From Spirochaetia bacterium (GTDB lineage Bacteria; Spirochaetota; Spirochaetia; DSM-2461): 64,000 nt of DNA. The stretch covers positions 1,472,048 through 1,536,047 of the forward strand of contig CAXXIA010000001.1 of the NCBI GenBank assembly GCA_963666985.2. The letters are read 5' to 3'. Shown here in pieces: positions 58,063 through 64,000 of this stretch; within the stretch, counting starts at the first letter, position 1; every line of letters starts with the position of its first letter. The notes beneath the pieces were generated by a model that saw only the letters and a program-made list of their open reading frames with translations, did not search any database and was not told where the DNA came from. Made by a program: the position numbers and the translations under genes.

Positions 58063-59499
58063 TCACTTTTCCACACACTCGTTCTTTTCGGCGGCCGTCC
58101 GTTCCATTGCGGCCTGAAGGCGCCGCCGCCGGTGCGCCAGCTCCCGGCATTGGCGTTCCTTCAGAAAGAGAGCGTCCAGTCCGGAGAGGACCTCCAGGGC
58201 TTTCGCGGGATTTTTTCGCCGATGTTCCCATTCCTTGGCCAATTCCACCGCCGCCCGGAAATCCCGCCCTTCGGCCAAGTCGTTTAATTGCTTCCAAACG
58301 GCACCGGCCGCCGAAAAATTTCCTTCTCTTCGAAGGCGAAGGGCCAGTTCCCTTCCGCACAGATTCTCCCGGAACGCCCAGCCCGCTTCCAGCCAGCGCC
58401 GTTCCAAATCGGAATCTCCGAACGACCACTGCCGGGCCATGCCCCGGGGTGATATCGGCCGGCCGGCGGGAAGCCCTTCCGGCGATCCGGCGCATTCTCC
58501 GGCGTTCCGCGATTCTTCCGCGCAGCCGCCATCTTCAAGGCTCCTAAAGTTTTGAACGCGGGACTCCCCGCCGGCCGAGCGCGCATTTTCGGCACATGAG
58601 GTTCCGCCGAGGGCGGCCGTGAACGTCTCGGGCTCAACGTTTCCCCAATCTTCCATCTTCGCGGCCAATTTCGCCAGCGAGACGATATCCTCCGCGTTGT
58701 GCCGGAAAACCCCCTCAATCCGGTCCGTATTTCCTTTGAGCCAAGAAAACCAAGCATCGGGTGCTTCACGTCCGGGTAAATCATCTTCCCGAAAAACTTC
58801 GAGAACCTCTTTTTCCAGAGTTCCGAGCGCGACATTCGGAAGAAGCGTGCCCCAGAGCCTCCTTGCCGGATAAAGCAAATCAACCTGAGGACGAAACGGC
58901 GGAGGCATTCGGTTCAGCAGAAATCGTGTTTTCAGCACTTGAGAATCGAAGGAACGCCCGTTATAGGAGATTTGCGGACGATCCTCCTCAATGATTTTCT
59001 CATAACGCTCCAGCATCGCCGCCTCTCCGGGATAATCGGCCAGGAAAATTTGAATGACGGTGAAAACGTCTTCCGATTGATACCCCACGCCGATGAGGAA
59101 GGCCGTGTTGCCCGCTCCGCCGGAAAGACCGGTCGTTTCCAAATCATAAAAGATCGGTATTTCCGCGGCGGTTCCCGAAGGAAGGACGAATCCGCTCCGA
59201 AAGCTTGGGTGAAGAACGGCGGGATAATCGAGGCGGCGTTCCCAGACGAAATCGCCTATCCGCCGCCAGCCGCTTCCGGGAGGAAGACGGTTCCGAAGAT
59301 CATTCGGCACAAGAGATCCGGCGGATCGGCGCGCGGCGAGCCTAATCGGACCTGCTGTATTCTCGGCATCACGGGTATTGCTGTTCTCGTGCTGCCCGAC
59401 TCGGCGGCTTTCCTCGTTTTTCCCGGAAAAACCGCGTGAAGCCGGCGGGAGGGTTCCGGCCGAGCGAAGCCGCGCAAGGCGGTCCGAAAGAGTGCTCAC
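58063..59499 (-). CDS. MrfB/YprB-like DEDDh exonuclease (RNase H-like) with TPR tail
   Basis: YDLETTGL, SYNGRSFD, VDLL, HNAEDI; AKEWEHRRKNP..AL; downstream of a DUF1998 helicase. Confidence 0.82.
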   Translation of the reverse strand: MSTLSDRLARLRSAGTLPPASRGFSGKNEESRRVGQHENSNTRDAENTAGPIRLAARRSAGSLVPNDLRNRLPPGSGWRRIGDFVWERRLDYPAVLHPSFRSGFVLPSGTAAEIPIFYDLETTGLSGGAGNTAFLIGVGYQSEDVFTVIQIFLADYPGEAAMLERYEKIIEEDRPQISYNGRSFDSQVLKTRFLLNRMPPPFRPQVDLLYPARRLWGTLLPNVALGTLEKEVLEVFREDDLPGREAPDAWFSWLKGNTDRIEGVFRHNAEDIVSLAKLAAKMEDWGNVEPETFTAALGGTSCAENARSAGGESRVQNFRSLEDGGCAEESRNAGECAGSPEGLPAGRPISPRGMARQWSFGDSDLERRWLEAGWAFRENLCGRELALRLRREGNFSAAGAVWKQLNDLAEGRDFRAAVELAKEWEHRRKNPAKALEVLSGLDALFLKERQCRELAHRRRRLQAAMERTAAEKNECVEK

Positions 59500-59663
59500 G
59501 GCGCGCTATCCGGCCGCTCGGCCGATCCGCATCTCAGGGAGGATTGAGGCGGCCGAGACGATTTACACGGCACAACAGGCCGTGAGAACCGCCCGGTTTG
59601 AAAAAGAAGCGGCCTGAACGGGAGGAAACGAAAGAATGTTCCGATTACGCTCCGGGGGGTCAT
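59496..59663 (-). CDS. 55-aa bridging ORF (possible translational-coupling ORF)
   Basis: TAAGGAG-N6-ATG right after the helicase stop; open for 55 codons; TGA overlaps the GTG start of the nuclease; below the ORF-track cutoff. Confidence 0.4.
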   Translation of the reverse strand: MTPRSVIGTFFRFLPFRPLLFQTGRFSRPVVPCKSSRPPQSSLRCGSAERPDSAP

Positions 59664-59673
59664 CCCCTACTCC

Positions 59674-61977
59674 TTATGCATTTCGAATTCCGCGCAGCCA
59701 TTCTTCCAGAAAACTCCGCACGGCCGATTTGGGATTGCCTCCGAGTTCGTCCCTCTCATCCTTGGCCCCCACGCAGGAGGGACACCCTTCTTCGCACGGA
59801 CAGGCCGCCGTCAAATCCAGTGCGGCGCCGAGAAGAACATCCAGGCGGTCGGCCAGCGACTCGGCGAGCCCGATGCCGCCGGGAAAATTGTCGTAAACAT
59901 AGAGGCCGCTCACAAGATGATGAGGATCGCGGATACGTCCGGCCACGCCCAAATCTCCCGAACGGCAAAGAAGGAACACCGGCGCCACCACCCGAAGAAG
60001 CGTCGCGGTCCGACTGAGAACCGGAGCCTTGAGGGGCTCATCGATGCGCTCGAAAGCCGCCGAGGACACGCTTCCCTCAAAAAAGGCCAGAAAGGTTCCC
60101 TGGGTGTGCATTTCATATTCGGGCAGATGGATGTCGCCGTAACCGATGTTCTCATGAGTGGCGAAACGAATTTTCTTGTACTTGGCCGCCTCCTGGCGCA
60201 CCAGAAGATCGCCCAGGCGCTCCTGGACGCCGAAAACAGAGCGGCGGAGATCTTCCTCAAGAACTTTAATGTCGCTTTTCACCAATGCGTCGGTGTAGTA
60301 GTTAACTTCCGAGGCCTCCACATAGGCGTGATGGTTTTCCAGATCCAGTTTCTTCACCTGATACTGTTCGCCGCGATGCAGGTAGATGGCCTCATCATGA
60401 AGCATCTCGCGGGCCGAATGGTCGTCCATCTCACCGATGACGGCATTCCGCCCTTTGGTGGTATCCACGATCACCACGTTTTGCTCCACTCCTCCGCGCA
60501 TGGAAACCCCTTCGGAGGGATAGGAGCGGTCCGACCAGAACCAGCGTCCGGAACTCCGGCGCAGAACTCCTTGCTCCTCCAGATAGAAAAGAAGGTCCGT
60601 TGGATCGCCGCCGAAATTTTCACCCTCTTCAAAGGGAAGTTCAAAAGCGGCGCACTTGAGATGGTCGGTAAGGATGTAAAGATTTTCAGGATCAATAAAG
60701 GCCGATTCGGGAGAGCGGGAGAGAAAATAGCCGGGGTGCCTGACCAGATACTGATCGGTGGGGCTTGATGAGCCGACCATGAAGGCCACCGAAACATCGC
60801 CGGAACGCCCGGCACGCCCCGCCCGCTGCCAGGCGGATGCCGCCGAAGAAGGGAGTCCCGCCAGGACGGCGGCGTCCAGTCCCCCGATGTCGATGCCGAG
60901 TTCCAGGGCGTTGGTGGACACCACTCCCCGGATGCTTCCCTCCCGCAGGCCTTTCTCCACCGCCCGGCGTTCACTCGGGAGATACCCGCCGCGGTAGGAT
61001 TCCACCCTGATGCGATTGTTCTCATTATAGATATTGCGTAAGGAGTCGTTGATATAACCGGAAATCAATTCTGCATTGATGCGGCTGCGGGTAAAGACGA
61101 TGGTTTTCACGCCGGCCTTCAGAAGCCGCAGCGCCAGGTTACGGGACTCCAATACCACGCCCCGGCGAATGCCCTGCACCCGGTCCACCAAAGGCGGATT
61201 GTAGAGAATCAGATGCTTTTCTCCGGCCGGTGCACCGTTGCCGTCCACGAGCCGGAACGGACGGCCCGTCAGGGCCTCGGCGAGTTCCCGGGGATTGCCG
61301 ATGGTGGCGCTGGCGCCGATGATTGTCGGTTCGCAGCCGTAGAATCGGCAGATGCGCATCAGCCGCCGCATCAGATTGGCCATGTGACTTCCGAACACGC
61401 CGGTGTAGGTATGAAGCTCGTCCAGAACGATGTATTTAAGATTTCGAAAGAACTCGATCCATTTTGTGTGGTTGGGAAGAACGCCCGTATGAAGCATGTC
61501 CGGGTTGGTAATGACGATGCGTCCGCCCTGCCGTGCCGCCATCCGAATGGATGAGGGCGTATCACCGTCGAAGGTGTAGATGGGAACGTTCAATTCACCG
61601 CCCAGAACGATGTCGTTCAGAGAGGCCTGCTGATCCTGACTCAAGGCTTTTGTCGGAAACAGGTAAAGGGCTCGGGCCGCAGGATTTTCCAGAAGCGTTT
61701 GGAGAACCGGGAGATTGTAGCAGAGGGTTTTGCCCGAGGCCGTCGGTGTGACGACGACCGTGCTTTCTCCCGCACAGGCGCTCTCCCAGCAGGCGGCCTG
61801 ATGAGAATAGAGCGCGGCGATGCCTTTTTCTTCCAGGGCGGAGGAAAGTTTCGGATGAAGTTCCTTGGGGAGCGGCGCGTAAGTTCCTTCCCTCGCGGGA
61901 ATCACGGTCCATTCGGTAACGTTTTCCATAAAGGAGGCGTCGTTGCGCAATGTTTGGAACAATTCGGCTAAACCCAT
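59674..61977 (-). CDS. MrfA/YprA/Hrq1-like SF2 helicase with DUF1998 Zn-binding domain
   Basis: PTASGKT, FPTKALSQDQ, TNPDMLH, DELH, SATI, QRAGRAGR, CPCEEGCPSC. Confidence 0.9.
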   Translation of the reverse strand: MGLAELFQTLRNDASFMENVTEWTVIPAREGTYAPLPKELHPKLSSALEEKGIAALYSHQAACWESACAGESTVVVTPTASGKTLCYNLPVLQTLLENPAARALYLFPTKALSQDQQASLNDIVLGGELNVPIYTFDGDTPSSIRMAARQGGRIVITNPDMLHTGVLPNHTKWIEFFRNLKYIVLDELHTYTGVFGSHMANLMRRLMRICRFYGCEPTIIGASATIGNPRELAEALTGRPFRLVDGNGAPAGEKHLILYNPPLVDRVQGIRRGVVLESRNLALRLLKAGVKTIVFTRSRINAELISGYINDSLRNIYNENNRIRVESYRGGYLPSERRAVEKGLREGSIRGVVSTNALELGIDIGGLDAAVLAGLPSSAASAWQRAGRAGRSGDVSVAFMVGSSSPTDQYLVRHPGYFLSRSPESAFIDPENLYILTDHLKCAAFELPFEEGENFGGDPTDLLFYLEEQGVLRRSSGRWFWSDRSYPSEGVSMRGGVEQNVVIVDTTKGRNAVIGEMDDHSAREMLHDEAIYLHRGEQYQVKKLDLENHHAYVEASEVNYYTDALVKSDIKVLEEDLRRSVFGVQERLGDLLVRQEAAKYKKIRFATHENIGYGDIHLPEYEMHTQGTFLAFFEGSVSSAAFERIDEPLKAPVLSRTATLLRVVAPVFLLCRSGDLGVAGRIRDPHHLVSGLYVYDNFPGGIGLAESLADRLDVLLGAALDLTAACPCEEGCPSCVGAKDERDELGGNPKSAVRSFLEEWLRGIRNA

Positions 61978-62125
61978 GTGGAGTATTATGTCTCCCGTCG
62001 ACGAAAGGAGGCAATCCTTAAATGATATCGAACCGGCGCCGAAACGGCCCGCCGGATTGTAAAGAATTCGTTTTGGGGTAGCGGAATCTCCCCGCCGACT
62101 TTACGATAATAGAGGAGGCCGTGAT

Positions 62126-63403
62126 ATGAACGACATTTTAACCGTCATCCTCGGCGGAGGCAAAGGAACGCGGCTCTACCCGCTCACTGCGGACCGTTCC
62201 AAACCGGCGTGTCCCTTCGGGGGAAAATACCGCCTGGTGGACATTCCCATCAGCAACAGCATCAACTCCGGATTCAGAAAAATTTACGTGCTGACTCAGT
62301 TCAATTCGGCGAGCCTGCATCTGCACATCGGAAGAACCTATAATTTCGATCCTTTCAGCAAGGACTTCTGTGAAATTCTTGCCGCGGAACAGACCTTCGA
62401 ACATGAAGGATGGTACGGAGGAACGGCCGACGCCGTTAGAAAAAACCTGGCCCATTTCCGCGTACAGCAGCCTTCGCATTACATCATTCTTTCGGGCGAT
62501 CAGCTCTACCGGATGGACCTGAAGCATTACATGAAGCAGCACCTGGAATCGGGCGCCCAGGTGACCATCGCGGCGACACCCGTTACTCGGCAGGCCGCCA
62601 ACGATCTTGGGATTCTCAGAATGGACAAGAAGGGAAGCATCGATGCCTTCCTGGAGAAACCGGGTCCCGAGAAAAATATCGACGAATACAAGATTCCCGA
62701 AGAGAACCGAACCGATGAGGATAAAGCCGACGGCCGGGAATATCTGGCGTCGATGGGTATCTATATTTTTGATGCCGAGGTGATGTCGAACGCTCTGGAG
62801 AGCGAACGGGCCGATTTCGGTAAGGAAATCATTCCCGAGGCCATCGGAACCGTCGATGTAAGAGCCTATGTTTATCGCGGATATTGGGAAGATATCGGAA
62901 CCATTAAAAGCTTCTATGAAGCGAATCTGGATTTGGGGGCTCATCAGCCGAGATTCAATCTTTACGACCAGAATAATCCGCTCTACACGCACCGGCGCGA
63001 CCTTCCGCCGACGAAAATCAACTCAAGCACGCTGAAGAACACCATCGCTTCGGAAGGTTCCATCATCACCGATGCGTTCATTACCCGCAGTCTGATTGGG
63101 ATTCGAACAATCATTGAATCCGGAGCGACTCTGGAAGAAGTCTATGCCATGGGAGCCGATTTTTACGAAACGATTGAAGAAAAGAGAGCCAACAGAGAGG
63201 CCGGGATTCCGAACTATGGAATTGGGGAAGGAACAATGATTCGCGGAGCCATTATCGATAAAAACGCCCGAATCGGCCGGGGATGCCGGATCGGTGTGGA
63301 TCATATCGATAGACCGGAAGGCGACTATGACGGCTATGCCATCCGCGAAGGAATCATTATCATCTTAAAGGGGGCCGTCATTCCGGACGGCACATCGATT
63401 TAG
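62126..63403 (+). CDS. glgC: Glucose-1-phosphate adenylyltransferase
   Basis: GGGKGTRLYPLT..RSKPA, LTQFNSASL, GTADAVR, LSGDQLYRMD, ASMGIYIF, YWEDIGT. Confidence 0.96.
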   Translation: MNDILTVILGGGKGTRLYPLTADRSKPACPFGGKYRLVDIPISNSINSGFRKIYVLTQFNSASLHLHIGRTYNFDPFSKDFCEILAAEQTFEHEGWYGGTADAVRKNLAHFRVQQPSHYIILSGDQLYRMDLKHYMKQHLESGAQVTIAATPVTRQAANDLGILRMDKKGSIDAFLEKPGPEKNIDEYKIPEENRTDEDKADGREYLASMGIYIFDAEVMSNALESERADFGKEIIPEAIGTVDVRAYVYRGYWEDIGTIKSFYEANLDLGAHQPRFNLYDQNNPLYTHRRDLPPTKINSSTLKNTIASEGSIITDAFITRSLIGIRTIIESGATLEEVYAMGADFYETIEEKRANREAGIPNYGIGEGTMIRGAIIDKNARIGRGCRIGVDHIDRPEGDYDGYAIREGIIIILKGAVIPDGTSI

Positions 63404-63415
63404 CGGAGCGGAAAT

Positions 63416-63973
63416 TTGGGAGAACGCTGGGAAATTACGCGCTCTTCGGTAAATGAGTCCATTGACTATACCGTTCATTGGTCTCCGTGGGGTTCCATGG
63501 ACCGATGGGTGATTAACCGTCTTGTGCCTTCCGAAGCCGGAATGCTTCAGCTCTGGGTTATGGAAGGCCGGAGTATGGAGCTTCTCGTTACCGAGCCGAC
63601 TTATTACGGCGGTCTGCGCAACACGCTTCGGGAAGTCATCGACGAATTGGCGCCTTCGGGCAACCGTCTCAGGAAACTCATCGACGGCCGCGAATGCTGG
63701 TTTCGATTCAGTCTTTGTCCCGTTAAGGAATACCTGCAGGACTTGAAAAAGTGGTTCGGCGAGGGAGAAATCGCCACAGACAAGGATGATCTTGAAATCC
63801 TTGTAAACGAAAAAGAAGAATTGCGGAAATTTCCGCTCCCGCCGCCGGATATTCAGCAGTCGGGTCGCCGGCGCATGAACGACTCTGATTTCGGGCCCAA
63901 GATGCCCGAACCGAAACGGACCGGCTATGGGCCGGAAATCCCGTCCGCGGACGAATCGCTTCCCGATCTGTAA
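63416..63973 (+). CDS. Hypothetical protein
   Basis: 185-aa ORF, TTG start after GGAG, 12 nt after glgC. Confidence 0.6.
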   Translation: MGERWEITRSSVNESIDYTVHWSPWGSMDRWVINRLVPSEAGMLQLWVMEGRSMELLVTEPTYYGGLRNTLREVIDELAPSGNRLRKLIDGRECWFRFSLCPVKEYLQDLKKWFGEGEIATDKDDLEILVNEKEELRKFPLPPPDIQQSGRRRMNDSDFGPKMPEPKRTGYGPEIPSADESLPDL

Positions 63974-64000
63974 AATGAGTTTTGAAAGCCGAATAAGGAT

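Overview
Chromosomal window from a spirochaete, most likely a free-living member of the Spirochaetales. This is inferred from MIINHN-type FlaB flagellins, the flgN-flgK-flgL-fliW-csrA block facing tsaE-tsaB, and a PlzA-like protein. From left to right it holds: a membrane-anchored AraC regulator and a Zn-type ABC transporter; an ~11 kb accessory redox/aldehyde-detoxification cluster (2 aldo-keto reductases, 2 flavodoxins, DUF4405, frameshifted DUF318 permease, DUF362, CMD protein, YqhD-like ADH, YqhC-like AraC) ending at tRNA-Glu/tRNA-Lys; core genes (tyrA, pta, dapB, dapA, infC-rpmI-rplT, zapB/zapA-like); a flagellar filament and c-di-GMP region; trxB-nagZ-GNAT-glgA; a LacI-controlled BMP-type ABC catabolic island with two M20 hydrolases and DUF1355; MrfA/MrfB-like repair genes; and glgC. 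No CRISPR array, integrase, transposase or phage gene is visible. The main signals not covered by the ORF track are: a 107-bp MITE-like element in two inverted copies, a duplicated 50-bp AraC operator, a candidate 6S RNA after rplT, tandem sigma28-like promoters and CsrA hairpins at flaB, a structured flaG-fliD spacer, repeated leaderless-mRNA architecture, and a 55-aa bridging ORF between mrfA and mrfB. The best candidates for undescribed systems are the exported flavodoxin/DUF4405/DUF362 electron-transfer module and the BMP/M20/DUF1355 catabolic island. All family calls come from motif recognition by eye; no database search was run.
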